Shown here in pieces: positions 26,858 through 35,734 of a stretch of DNA of 45,029 nt; the stretch's first letter is position 1, and every line of letters starts with the position of its first letter. The DNA comes from an uncultured Gemmatimonadota bacterium (GTDB lineage Bacteria; Blakebacterota; Blakebacteria; Blakebacterales; Blakebacteraceae). Below the pieces are notes generated by a model that saw only the letters and a list, made by a program, of their open reading frames with translations, made no database searches and had not been told where the DNA came from. The position numbers and the translations under genes are program-made. The stretch spans positions 1 through 45,029 of the forward strand of contig CAZNUA010000030.1 of NCBI GenBank assembly GCA_964576115.1, read 5' to 3'.

Positions 26858-26886
26858 AGGATAGAATGCGCCTCCAGAGAGGTCAA
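26858..26886 (-). promoter_or_regulatory. Putative sigma70 promoter for the M23-rarA-lgt operon
   Basis: Minus strand TTGACC (26886-26881), 17 nt, TATCCT (26863-26858). Confidence 0.6.
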
Positions 26887-26972
26887 GCGGCACTTCGATA
26901 ACGCCGCAAATCCTATATACGGCCTTATCGCCCTCCTCGTTGCGGTCTGGGGGGGGAGTGGGGGGGATGCCC

Positions 26973-27158
26973 GACGAACTGCGCGGAGGCGTACTGATGG
27001 TACGCCGCACAAGCGCGAGGATTGCGGTCGATCACCAGAGCAGCGGATTCTCCGTCAGATCAAGGAAGCCGACGAGACAGGCGGAGGCGTAGTTTCTCTA
27101 CGCCGCACAACTGTCGAGGATGGCTGACGCTGAGATGGCGGAGAAGACGCGCTCTGGT
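26973..27158 (+). repeat. Two copies of a structured hairpin motif; the second is nested in a ~125-nt irregular stem-loop
   Basis: GACGA-N5-GCGGAGGCGTA-S-N5-S-TACGCCGCACAA-N4/5-GAGGA at 26973-27021 and 27071-27120. Outer stems 27034-41/27151-58 and 27048-57/27136-45. Confidence 0.75.
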
Positions 27159-28015
27159 TATTGGGCGTAGGGCGAGAGGGCGCGCGCCCGGGACGAATGC
27201 CGCAGCCGCCGAATAGCCTTTTCCTTGATCTGCCGCACCCGCTCGCGGGTCAGACCGAATTTGGTGCCGATCTGCTCGAGCGTCATGGGCTTTTCCCGCC
27301 CGATCCCAAAGTAGAGCCGGATGACTTCGGCTTCGCGGTCGGTCAGGGTGGAGAGGGCTTTGACGACTTCTTTCTGCAGGGCCTCGTCGAAGAGTTCCTC
27401 GTCGGGAGGAGCCTGCACTTCGTCCTCGAGAACGTCGAGCAGGCGGTTGTCCTCGCCCTCCTGAAAAGGAGCGTCGAGGCTCAGGTGACGGCTCGAGATC
27501 TTCAGGGTGTCGGTCACCTCGCTCGAACTCATGTCGAGCTGTTCGGCGATCTCTTCGGCCGAGGGCTCGCGACCGTAGTTCTGTTCCAGGTCGGAAGAGA
27601 CTTTCCCGATCTTGTGCAGGGCGCCGACCCGGTTCAGGGGCAGACGGACGATGCGGGATTGTTCGGCCAGAGCCTGCAGGATGGCCTGGCGGATCCACCA
27701 GACGGCGTACGAGATGAATTTGAAACCCTTGGTTTCGTCGAATCGCTTGGCGGCCTTGATCAGCCCCAGGTTCCCCTCGTTGATGAGGTCACCGAGGCTG
27801 AGCCCCTGGTTCTGGTACTGCTTGGCGACACTGACCACGAACCGCAGGTTGGCCTGGACGAGCTTGTTGAGCGCGTCCTGATCGCCCTGTTTGACCAGCT
27901 TGGCCAGACGCACCTCTTCCTGGGCATCGATGAGGTCGACCTCACCGATCTCCTGGAGATACTTGTCCAGCGATTGGTCTTCGCGGGTATAGGGTTTTTT
28001 GGTAAGCTTCGCCAC
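27158..28015 (-). CDS. RpoD/SigA-family sigma70 factor, short type lacking region 1.1
   Basis: [59 protein letters not shown] start with GAGGAG SD. Confidence 0.95.
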   Translation of the reverse strand: MAKLTKKPYTREDQSLDKYLQEIGEVDLIDAQEEVRLAKLVKQGDQDALNKLVQANLRFVVSVAKQYQNQGLSLGDLINEGNLGLIKAAKRFDETKGFKFISYAVWWIRQAILQALAEQSRIVRLPLNRVGALHKIGKVSSDLEQNYGREPSAEEIAEQLDMSSSEVTDTLKISSRHLSLDAPFQEGEDNRLLDVLEDEVQAPPDEELFDEALQKEVVKALSTLTDREAEVIRLYFGIGREKPMTLEQIGTKFGLTRERVRQIKEKAIRRLRHSSRARALSPYAQ

Positions 28016-28040
28016 TATCTTCTGTACTCCTCAGACCTCG

Positions 28041-28092
28041 TTTCCGTTTCTTCCGTTTTTCCAGTTTTTTCCGTTTTTCCGCTTCTTCCATT
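28041..28092 (-). repeat. Six imperfect ~9-nt GGA-A-rich repeats in the sigma factor 5' leader
   Basis: Minus strand ATGGAAGAAGCGGAAAAACGGAAAAAACTGGAAAAACGGAAGAAACGGAAA; GGA spaced 8-10 nt apart. Confidence 0.8.
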
Positions 28093-28300
28093 CGGTCTGC
28101 GATAGTTACTCACATCCTGCAGAAACTGCCGCGTGCGGGATCTCGATCGGAAACGCTGGATGGCGAGTTCGAGGCAGAACGTGCTCGTCAGCAGGACGCA
28201 CCGTCCGGATCCAGATCCCTCTCCCCTCCCGATAGAGAGTGACACCGTCCGTCGGAATACCTGTGTGCACGAATGGCCGGGTAGACATCCGTAGTCCAGC

Positions 28301-28329
28301 AGTATCCCCGTCGGTTTTCAGAGTGTCAA
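28301..28329 (-). promoter_or_regulatory. Putative sigma70 promoter of the sigma factor gene
   Basis: Minus strand TTGACA (28329-28324), 17 nt, GATACT (28306-28301). Confidence 0.65.
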
Positions 28330-28441
28330 GGGAATCCGGTTCCTCAGGAGGGTACACCCCGGCGCTTCCTGCCACCGCGATTCGCCCGTCATCCCTACCC
28401 TTCCCTACATGTGTACAACGCCCGAGCTTCAGGGAAGTTTA

Positions 28442-29524
28442 TCACAGGGGTGGGAAAAAGCGAAGAAAACTGCGTCTGCGGATCTCGACTCCGGGCTGCC
28501 GCGAACGGGCGGAATCGGCGGCTGCCGTGATCACACTGCTGCCGAGTTCGGGCCAGAGTTCGCTGGGCACCGGGCGGGGACGGAATTCGCGGCGCAGGTT
28601 GTTCACATCGAGGGGGTAGAGATCGGCCCAGACCGGCTCTCCATCGGCAAAGGTTATCAGCAGGAGCGCTCCCCGGGCGGTCCGGGTATAGGAGCCGAAG
28701 ACGAAATTGCCCAGGGAGTACGCGATGAGCCGGCCCCGATACCACTCCAGCGGCTGGAGGGTGTGCGGGTGGTGACCGATCACCAGGTCGGCCCCGGCGT
28801 CGATCGCCAGGTGGGCGAAAACCTGCTGGTATTCCTTCGGCCACTCGCGCAATTCGGCCCCCCAGTGAAAGGAAACCACGACCAGCTCGGCCTCGGCGGC
28901 GGCCCGGCGCACGTCACGACGCAGCCGGAGCGAATCGGCGTGAGCCGTGCCGGGCCGGTCCTCGGAAGCCCAGAACCCGGCCGGGAAGGTATGGCTGTAC
29001 GCCAGAACCGCAATCCGGGTCCCGGCCCGTTCGATCAGAACGTGGCGGTGGGCCTCGGTTCGGTTGCGCCCGGTGCCGACATGGGCCAGACCGACCGAGT
29101 CGAGGACCGCCCAGGTTTCGAAGAGTCCGGCGGGACCGTAATCCAGAATGTGGTTGTTGGCCAACCCGAGGACGTCGAAGCCGGCCGCGGTGACCGCGGC
29201 CACCGCGGGCGGAGGTACTGCGAAGGTCCAGGTCTTGTCGGCCCGCTGTATGCCGGTGGTATCGGCCAGGAAGGGAGCTTCGAGATTGCCGATCAGAGCG
29301 TCGGCCTGTTCGAGGAGAGGCTGCAGGTCGGCATAGGGGTAGTCCGGCCCGCGGCTGCGGATCACCTCGATGACCCACGACCCCAGCATCACATCGCCGA
29401 CCGCACCCACCACGAGGGTGTCGGCGGGTGCCCCCCCCACCCGTCCCGCTCCGGCGGCCGGGTTTGTACAGAGGAGGAGACCGGCGGCGAGGAAGGAGGC
29501 AGCGAGCGGAAAGACGTGTTTCAC
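28442..29524 (-). CDS. CapA/PGA_cap-family exported metallophosphoesterase-fold protein
   Basis: Signal peptide, [45 protein letters not shown] 29524 overlaps the kbl stop; the longer ORF-track start overlaps kbl and is not used. Confidence 0.9.
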   Translation of the reverse strand: MKHVFPLAASFLAAGLLLCTNPAAGAGRVGGAPADTLVVGAVGDVMLGSWVIEVIRSRGPDYPYADLQPLLEQADALIGNLEAPFLADTTGIQRADKTWTFAVPPPAVAAVTAAGFDVLGLANNHILDYGPAGLFETWAVLDSVGLAHVGTGRNRTEAHRHVLIERAGTRIAVLAYSHTFPAGFWASEDRPGTAHADSLRLRRDVRRAAAEAELVVVSFHWGAELREWPKEYQQVFAHLAIDAGADLVIGHHPHTLQPLEWYRGRLIAYSLGNFVFGSYTRTARGALLLITFADGEPVWADLYPLDVNNLRREFRPRPVPSELWPELGSSVITAAADSARSRQPGVEIRRRSFLRFFPPL

Positions 29525-30729
29525 GCGCGATCCGACCGGGGGTCGAGCACACCCAGTTCGCGCCCGATGGCGCCGAAGAGCTCGATGGCCGAGTCGAGAT
29601 CGGCGATCGAGTGAGCGGCCGAGATCATGGCCCTGATGCGGGCCGTATCCCGCGGCACGATCGGAAACCCGATCGCCAGGGCGTAGACGCCTTCTTCGAA
29701 GAGCCGACGCGAGAAGGTCTGAGCCAGCTCGGCGTCGTAGAGCATGACCGGGATGATCGGGGTCCGGGTCCGGCCGGTATCGAAACCGAGTCTCTCCAGA
29801 CCGCGGCGGAAGTGGTCGGCGTTGGTCCAGAGAGTGCGTACGGCCGAGTCGTCGGCTTCGAGCAGCTCGACCGCGGCGGTGGCCGCGGCGGTATCGGCGG
29901 GGGAGAGTCCGGTGGAGAAGAGGAAGGGACGGCCCTGCTGTTTGAGGTAGTCGATCAGGGTCCGGGAGCCGGCGACGAAACCGCCCACGACCCCGAAGGC
30001 CTTGCTGAGGGTGCCGACCTCGATGGCGCAGCGCCCGTGCAGGCCGAAATGATCCACGATGCCGCGACCGTGATCGCCGAGTACTCCTTCCCCGTGAGCG
30101 TCGTCCACCATGACCACGGCGTCGTATTCTTCGGCTGCGGCGACGATCTCGTCCAGCGGAGCGATATCGCCATCCATCGAGAAGACCCCGTCGGTGACGA
30201 TCAGACGCATGCGGGCTTTGCGCACCTCCGGCTCGGCCAGCAGCTCCCGCAACTGGCCGACATCGGCGTGCCGGTACACCCGTCGGGCGGCCCGGGCCAG
30301 GCGGATCCCGTCGATGATCGAAGCATGGTTGAGTTCGTCGGAGAGAATGACATCTTCGGCCCCCGTAATGGCGGGGATGACGGCGCCGTTGGCCGTAAAG
30401 CCCGACTGCAGAACCACCGTCGCCTCGACCTTCTTGAAAGCGGCCAGCGCGCGCTCGAGTTCGTCGTGCAGAGTCATCGTCCCGGCGATGGTCCGGACCG
30501 CACCCGGCCCGACACCCCACTGCCCGATTGCGGCACGAGCCGCTTCCTTCAGGTCGGGGTCATCGGCCAGACCGAGGTAGTTGTTCGAACAGAGGTTGAG
30601 GATCCGGCGGCCTTCGATGGACAGCCAGGCCCCCTGGGGCCCCTCCAGGACGCGGAAATTAAGCCGCAGTCCCTTCGACTCCAGATCATCGAGGCGGTCC
30701 CGCAGATGTGCGAAATCCTTTCCCATCAC
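29521..30729 (-). CDS. kbl: Glycine C-acetyltransferase (2-amino-3-ketobutyrate CoA ligase)
   Basis: [53 protein letters not shown]; next to tdh. Confidence 0.93.
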   Translation of the reverse strand: MMGKDFAHLRDRLDDLESKGLRLNFRVLEGPQGAWLSIEGRRILNLCSNNYLGLADDPDLKEAARAAIGQWGVGPGAVRTIAGTMTLHDELERALAAFKKVEATVVLQSGFTANGAVIPAITGAEDVILSDELNHASIIDGIRLARAARRVYRHADVGQLRELLAEPEVRKARMRLIVTDGVFSMDGDIAPLDEIVAAAEEYDAVVMVDDAHGEGVLGDHGRGIVDHFGLHGRCAIEVGTLSKAFGVVGGFVAGSRTLIDYLKQQGRPFLFSTGLSPADTAAATAAVELLEADDSAVRTLWTNADHFRRGLERLGFDTGRTRTPIIPVMLYDAELAQTFSRRLFEEGVYALAIGFPIVPRDTARIRAMISAAHSIADLDSAIELFGAIGRELGVLDPRSDRA

Positions 30730-30757
30730 GTCACCTCACCCCATCTCGCCCGTCCGG

Positions 30758-31801
30758 TCACGAGACCGTCAGGACAACCTTGCCGCACAGCCCGGCATCC
30801 ATGAGTTCCATACCCTCGGCCCACTCTTCGAGCCCGAAGGAGTGCGTCAGCACGGGGGTGATGTCGAGCCGGCCGTCGGCAAGCAGACGGCTCATGACAT
30901 CCCAGGTTTCCCAGAGGCGGCGGCCGACGATGCCGTAAAAGCGGATGCCCTTGAAGATGAGCTCGTTGAGGTCGAACTCCATGGTATCGGGGGGCAGGCC
31001 CAGCTGAGCGATATGCCCGCCGGGAATGACGCACGCCACCGCATCGCTGATCGCCCGGGGATGGCCGCTCATTTCCAGGACGGCGTCGACCCCGTCGCCG
31101 GTCAGCTCGGCGACCCGTTCGGGCAGGGGTGTCTCGGCCGGATTGATAAGCACGTCGGCCCCCATTTTCGCTCCCAGTTCGAGCCGGTAGGGATTCGGTT
31201 CGCTGACCAGGATCTGGGCCGCACCGGCGGCCCGCGCAACCCCCACGCTCATGGCCCCGATCGGACCCATGCCGGTAACGAGCACGCGCCGCCCTATGAG
31301 CGGTTCGGCCAGGGCGGTGTGCACGGCGTTGCCGAGCGGTTCCTGGGCGCTGGCGACATCGGGGGGCAGATCGGGAGGATTGTGCCAGAGGTTCTCGGCC
31401 GGTACGGCGATATAGTCGGCGAAACAGCCGTCGCGATCAACCCCCAGGATCGAAGTGTTGAGACAGACCTGGTACTGGTTGCGGCGGCAGGCAGGGCAGG
31501 TATGGCAGACGATATGGGTTTCGGCCGACACGTAGTCGCCGATTTTCACCCCCTCCGCGCCCGGCCCGAGCGCCTCGACGATACCGCAGAATTCATGCCC
31601 CATGGTCTGGGGCAGGCGGGGCCCGAGTCGTTTTTCGGCCCAGGGATTCCACTCCCAGATGTGATGATCGGTACCGCAGATCGAGGTGGCCTTGACCCGC
31701 ACCAGCGCCTCGCCGGGACCCGGAACGGGGATCGGGACTTCCTGCAGTTCAGCCCCGCGCCCCGGAGCCGTCTTCACGATCGCACGCATCGTCTCACCCA
31801 T
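30758..31801 (-). CDS. tdh: L-threonine 3-dehydrogenase
   Basis: ICGTD, GHEFCG, VSAETHIVCHTCPAC..C, EPLGNAVHT, GMGPIG, GIVGRRLWETW. Confidence 0.95.
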   Translation of the reverse strand: MGETMRAIVKTAPGRGAELQEVPIPVPGPGEALVRVKATSICGTDHHIWEWNPWAEKRLGPRLPQTMGHEFCGIVEALGPGAEGVKIGDYVSAETHIVCHTCPACRRNQYQVCLNTSILGVDRDGCFADYIAVPAENLWHNPPDLPPDVASAQEPLGNAVHTALAEPLIGRRVLVTGMGPIGAMSVGVARAAGAAQILVSEPNPYRLELGAKMGADVLINPAETPLPERVAELTGDGVDAVLEMSGHPRAISDAVACVIPGGHIAQLGLPPDTMEFDLNELIFKGIRFYGIVGRRLWETWDVMSRLLADGRLDITPVLTHSFGLEEWAEGMELMDAGLCGKVVLTVS

Positions 31802-31860
31802 CGGCCTGTCCTTCCCTGCTCACTCCGTCGTTCGGCTCGCCCACCATACCATGAGTTATA

Positions 31861-31888
31861 AGTTTCCCTCCCCTGCCGGGAGTGTCAA
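31861..31888 (-). promoter_or_regulatory. Possible promoter for tdh-kbl-capA
   Basis: Minus strand TTGACA (31888-31883), 16 nt, GAAACT, followed by TATAAC; the -10 assignment is uncertain. Confidence 0.4.
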
Positions 31889-32017
31889 CCGCCACGTCGC
31901 CCCCCTGCGCCCCAGGGCCTCGGGCTGCACAGCCCGGACGGCGGTCGCGCGCGCCTCATCCGCCGCACTCATGCGCGCATCTTGTGCCCCGCCGCACCAG
32001 AAGGTAACGTACACACC

Positions 32018-32700
32018 ATGTCTGCCCTCTACTTCATCAGCGACGTGCACCTCGGCATCCAATCGGCCTCCGAAGAGACCGCCAAAGAGGCCCGCCTGCT
32101 CGAGCTGCTGGCCCGGATAGAGACCGACGGCGACCGCCTCTGCATTCTCGGCGATCTCTTCGATTTCTGGTTCGAGTACCGGCACGTCGTGCCGGCCGGC
32201 TCGACGGCGGTCCTGGGCGCCCTCGAACGGTTGGCCCGCAGCGGGGTGGAAGTCCACTACCTGGCCGGCAACCACGATTTCGCCCTCGGTCGCTATCTGA
32301 CCGACCGGATCGGCCTGGTGATTCACCCCGAACCGTTCGCGATGGACTACGGCGGCAGCCGGTTTTACCTGCACCACGGCGACGGTCTGGCCGGCCGTGA
32401 TCTCGGTTACCGCATCCTGCGGCGCATTCTGCGCAACCGGGTACTGCAAACCCTCTGGCGCTGGGTACACCCCGACCTGGCCTTCGCTCTGGCCGGTCTC
32501 GTTTCGCGTTCGAGCCGCCGTTATACCGACCGCAAGGACTACGGTCCTTCTGCCTACCGCGAGAGCCGGCTGGCCGAACTCGCTGCCGACGGGTACGACT
32601 GGATCATCATGGGCCACACCCACGAGGCCGAGCTGTACGATCTGGACGGGAGCACGCGCTACCTGAATCTGGGCTCGTGGCTGGAGGGGGGTTCACCCCA
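32018..32700 (+). CDS. lpxH: UDP-2,3-diacylglucosamine diphosphatase (3' end lost in gap)
   Basis: FISDVHLG, LGDLFDFWFEY, GNHDF, HHGDG, MGHTH, YLNLGSW; ATG at 32018. Confidence 0.88.
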
Positions 32701-32800
32701 NNNNNNNNNNNNNNNNNNNNNNNNNNNNNNNNNNNNNNNNNNNNNNNNNNNNNNNNNNNNNNNNNNNNNNNNNNNNNNNNNNNNNNNNNNNNNNNNNNNN
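32701..32800. other. Assembly gap (100 N)
   Basis: Run of N. Confidence 1.
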
Positions 32801-33519
32801 TCCAGGGCTTCGCGCCGGCTCTCACCCGGAGCGATCTCGAGGGTGAGGGTTTCCCCGAGCGCAACCACGATCCGCCCCCGCCCCAGCAACGAGCGCTCGA
32901 GCCCGCGGATACCGTGGAAGATGATCGGAAGAACCGGTACCGGCTCTTCCCGGCGGGCGAAATGCCAGGCCAGCTGGGCGGCGCCCCGCTGCAGCTTTCC
33001 GAGCCCTTCCTCGGGGCTGAGCTGTCCCTCGGGAGCCATGCCGATCACCTCTCCGCGTTCCAGGGCCTGGATTGAGGCCCGAAAGGCAGCCCGGTTGATC
33101 GAGGTGGCCCCCGGTTGATCGGGATCGCGGGCCACCGGAATGCTGCCCAGCCGCCGGTTCTGCCGGGCCAGCCAGTCGGCCGCTACGGTCGCAAAGCGCC
33201 GGCTCCAGGTCGGCATGCGGTAACCGGTCTGCAGGGCCTTTTCGATCTCGTTCCTCACGTAGGCAGTGTCCAGGAGCCCCTGTTCGAGCAGAATGCGGAC
33301 CGGACGGGTGAAGATCCGGTACCCCAGCAGAATCTCTTCCCGATGGGGATGATTCGAGGTGGCGATGCAGGGTCCGTCGGGGATGCGGTCGGCTCCGACG
33401 AGGATGACCTCGGGGCGCATGATCAGGTCGATCAGAGCGAGAAACGACCGATAGGGAACGGTCGGCAGCCGCAGGCGGGGACCGGAAGGGTCGGGGAGAC
33501 CGGGCGCCGGGGCCGTCAC
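32801..33519 (-). CDS. PlsC-like lysophospholipid acyltransferase (3' end lost in gap)
   Basis: GADRIP.GPCIATSNH, GSIPVAR, IGMAPEG, GKLQRGAA, VPVLPI. Confidence 0.8.
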
Positions 33520-34934
33520 GGTCCGACCTCCGCCAGAACCCCCTCGAGATCGTGCTCGCCGGCCGCCACGATCTCGACCGGAATGATTTGGCCCGGTTCC
33601 AGTCCGCTCCCGGCCGGGCGGTCGGTACCGGCGTCAAACTCGAGGTAAACGCTGCCGTCGACTTCGGGCGCGTCGCCGGCCCTGCGCCCTACCCAGGCGA
33701 AGGGGGGCAGATCGGCGAGGGGAGCATCGAGCATGACCGGAACGACCCTCCCGACGAACCCGGCCAGACGCTCGGCCGAGATTTCTTCCTGAACCCGCAG
33801 CACTTCGGCGATCCGCCGTTCGATCTCCCCGGCTTCGATCCGGGGCTTGAGAGACCAGGCCGGCGTGCCCGGCTCGGCGGAGTATCCGAAGACTCCCAGC
33901 CGGTCGAAGCGAACCCGCCGCATCAACTCGAGAGTCGCCTCGAAGTCCGCCTCGCTCTCGCCGGGAAAGCCCACTATGAGACTGGTGCGCAAGGTCAGAT
34001 CGGGGATCCGCGCCCGGGCCCGATCGAACAGCTCGACGAGCACATTCCGGGTCAGGGGACGGCCCATCCGGCGCAGGACGCTGTCGGAGCCGCTCTGTAC
34101 GGGAACGTCGAGATAGGGCACGAGCCGGGGTGTTTCGGCCAGCACGTCGAGCAGGGCATCCGTGATTCGGGCCGGATGGGCATACATGAGACGGATCCAT
34201 TCCAGGTCCGCGATCCCGTTCCCCAGGCGGGTCAGAAGCGCCGCCAGGTCGGGCACCCCACCCTCGCCCCGCGGCTCCAGGTCGCTGCCCCAGGCGGTCG
34301 TGTCCTGAGCCACCAGCAGCAGTTCCCGCACCCCGGCCGCGGCCAGAGCCTGCGCTTCGGCCAGCAGTTCTTCGGCCGGTACACTGCGGGTGGCGCCCCG
34401 GATCTGCGGGATGGTGCAGAAGGTGCAGGTGTTGCTGCACCCCTCGGCGATTTTCAGATAGGCGTAGTGCCCCGGGGTCATCAGCCGGCGGGGCCGGGGC
34501 GAGGCCACGCAGCCCGGCGGAGCCGCTTGCCGGGGGACGGGCAGCGGCCGGGGCGCACAGCCGAGTTCGGTCGCCAGTTCAGTGCAGACCTGCACGATCT
34601 CCTCCGAATCGAGCAGACCGACGAAGCGATCGACTTCGGGCAGAGACCGGCGCAGTTCGTCGCCATGACGCACGCTCAGGCAACCGCCGAAGATGAGTGC
34701 CGTGGGCCGCCCTTCGGCTTTGAGACCGGCCAGGAGCAGGAGCGTATCGATCGACTCTTCCCGGGCCGGTTCGATGAAACCGCAGGTGTTCAGCACGGCG
34801 ATATCGGCCCGGCCGGGATCGTCGACGAGTTCGAAGCCGGCCCGAAGCAGGGTTGCCACGGCCTGTTCTGAATCGACCACGTTCTTGGCACAGCCAAGGG
34901 TGATGACCGCAACCCGGGGAGGGTTCGGGCTCAC
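33516..34934 (-). CDS. rimO: Ribosomal protein S12 methylthiotransferase RimO
   Basis: LGCAKNVVDSE, NTCGFI..AREES, YAYLKIAEGCSNTCTFC, WIRLMYAHP, DAPEVDG, TRAM domain; GTG 34934 overlaps the cdaA stop. Confidence 0.95.
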   Translation of the reverse strand: MSPNPPRVAVITLGCAKNVVDSEQAVATLLRAGFELVDDPGRADIAVLNTCGFIEPAREESIDTLLLLAGLKAEGRPTALIFGGCLSVRHGDELRRSLPEVDRFVGLLDSEEIVQVCTELATELGCAPRPLPVPRQAAPPGCVASPRPRRLMTPGHYAYLKIAEGCSNTCTFCTIPQIRGATRSVPAEELLAEAQALAAAGVRELLLVAQDTTAWGSDLEPRGEGGVPDLAALLTRLGNGIADLEWIRLMYAHPARITDALLDVLAETPRLVPYLDVPVQSGSDSVLRRMGRPLTRNVLVELFDRARARIPDLTLRTSLIVGFPGESEADFEATLELMRRVRFDRLGVFGYSAEPGTPAWSLKPRIEAGEIERRIAEVLRVQEEISAERLAGFVGRVVPVMLDAPLADLPPFAWVGRRAGDAPEVDGSVYLEFDAGTDRPAGSGLEPGQIIPVEIVAAGEHDLEGVLAEVGP

Positions 34935-35734
34935 GCGCCGGTCACCTGCGGCAGGGCCGGGATGGTGGCTCCGCGCGGCCCGAGCAGGGTGAGAAGCTGC
35001 TGGCGCAGGGTGGCGGCATCGAGGTTGCGTGTCAGTCGCCCCCCGACCGCCAGGGAGATGACCGAATTCTCTTCGCTCACCACGACGACGACGGCGTCCG
35101 ATTCCTCGGTTACTCCGGCGGCGGCCCGGTGGCGGGTGCCGAGTCCCTCTTCGATGCGGGTGCTCTGGCTCAGGGGCAGCAGGCAGGAGGCAGCCGTGAT
35201 GACGCCGTCCTGGATGAGGACGGCGCCGTCGTGCAGCGGCGAGCGGGGAAAGAAGATCGTTTCGAGCAGCGAAGCGCTCACTTCGGCGTCGAGCCGCACC
35301 CCGGTTTCCTGAACCGTCTTGAGGCCGACTTCGCGGGTCAGCACGATCAGGGCGCCGATTCCTTTCCGGCTCATGCGTTCGGTTGCGGCGCAGACCTCGT
35401 CGACGATGTGCGGTTCCTCGACCTTGACGAAGTAACGCACCAGCCGGCTCTGACCCAGAATGACCAGGATCCGCCGCAGTTCGGGCTGGAAGATGATCAC
35501 GAAAGCGATCAGCCAGACGGCCCCGATCCCCTCGATGATCCACGACAGGGTACCCAGCTGGAGGACCTGTGCGGTCCAGGCCACCAGGAAGAGGATCAGA
35601 ACCCCGAAGACCATCGGCACCGCCCGGGTTCCACGCAGCATCTGCATCAGCTTGTAGAAAAGAAAAGCCACCAGCAGAACGTCGAGGAGATCCCAGAAGG
35701 TGATGGTGAGGAAGCTGAAGTGGAAGAGGGTCAT
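34931..35734 (-). CDS. cdaA: Diadenylate cyclase CdaA
   Basis: 3 TM helices, IFQPELRR, PLHDGA, GTRHRAA, VVSEE. Confidence 0.95.
   Translation of the reverse strand: MTLFHFSFLTITFWDLLDVLLVAFLFYKLMQMLRGTRAVPMVFGVLILFLVAWTAQVLQLGTLSWIIEGIGAVWLIAFVIIFQPELRRILVILGQSRLVRYFVKVEEPHIVDEVCAATERMSRKGIGALIVLTREVGLKTVQETGVRLDAEVSASLLETIFFPRSPLHDGAVLIQDGVITAASCLLPLSQSTRIEEGLGTRHRAAAGVTEESDAVVVVVSEENSVISLAVGGRLTRNLDAATLRQQLLTLLGPRGATIPALPQVTGA

Noticed and set aside
26973-27120. CRISPR interpretation of the two repeats
   Set aside because: Only two copies, internally variable with nested pairing, and no cas genes in the window.
28410-28447. DnaA-box-like words (TTGTACACA on minus strand, TTATCACAG)
   Set aside because: Imperfect, only two, and no AT-rich unwinding element or dnaA context.
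28442-29524. Poly-gamma-glutamate capsule locus
   Set aside because: Only a lone CapA-family gene, with no capB/capC; such orphans are common.
31982-33519. LpxH and PlsC ORFs read through the N-gap with odd C-terminal extensions
   Set aside because: Translation through Ns; the true stops lie in the gap.
28442-35543. Long N-terminal extensions of CapA (to 30520) and RimO (to 35543)
   Set aside because: They overlap kbl and cdaA in other frames; GTGA-coupled starts at 29524 and 34934 fit better.
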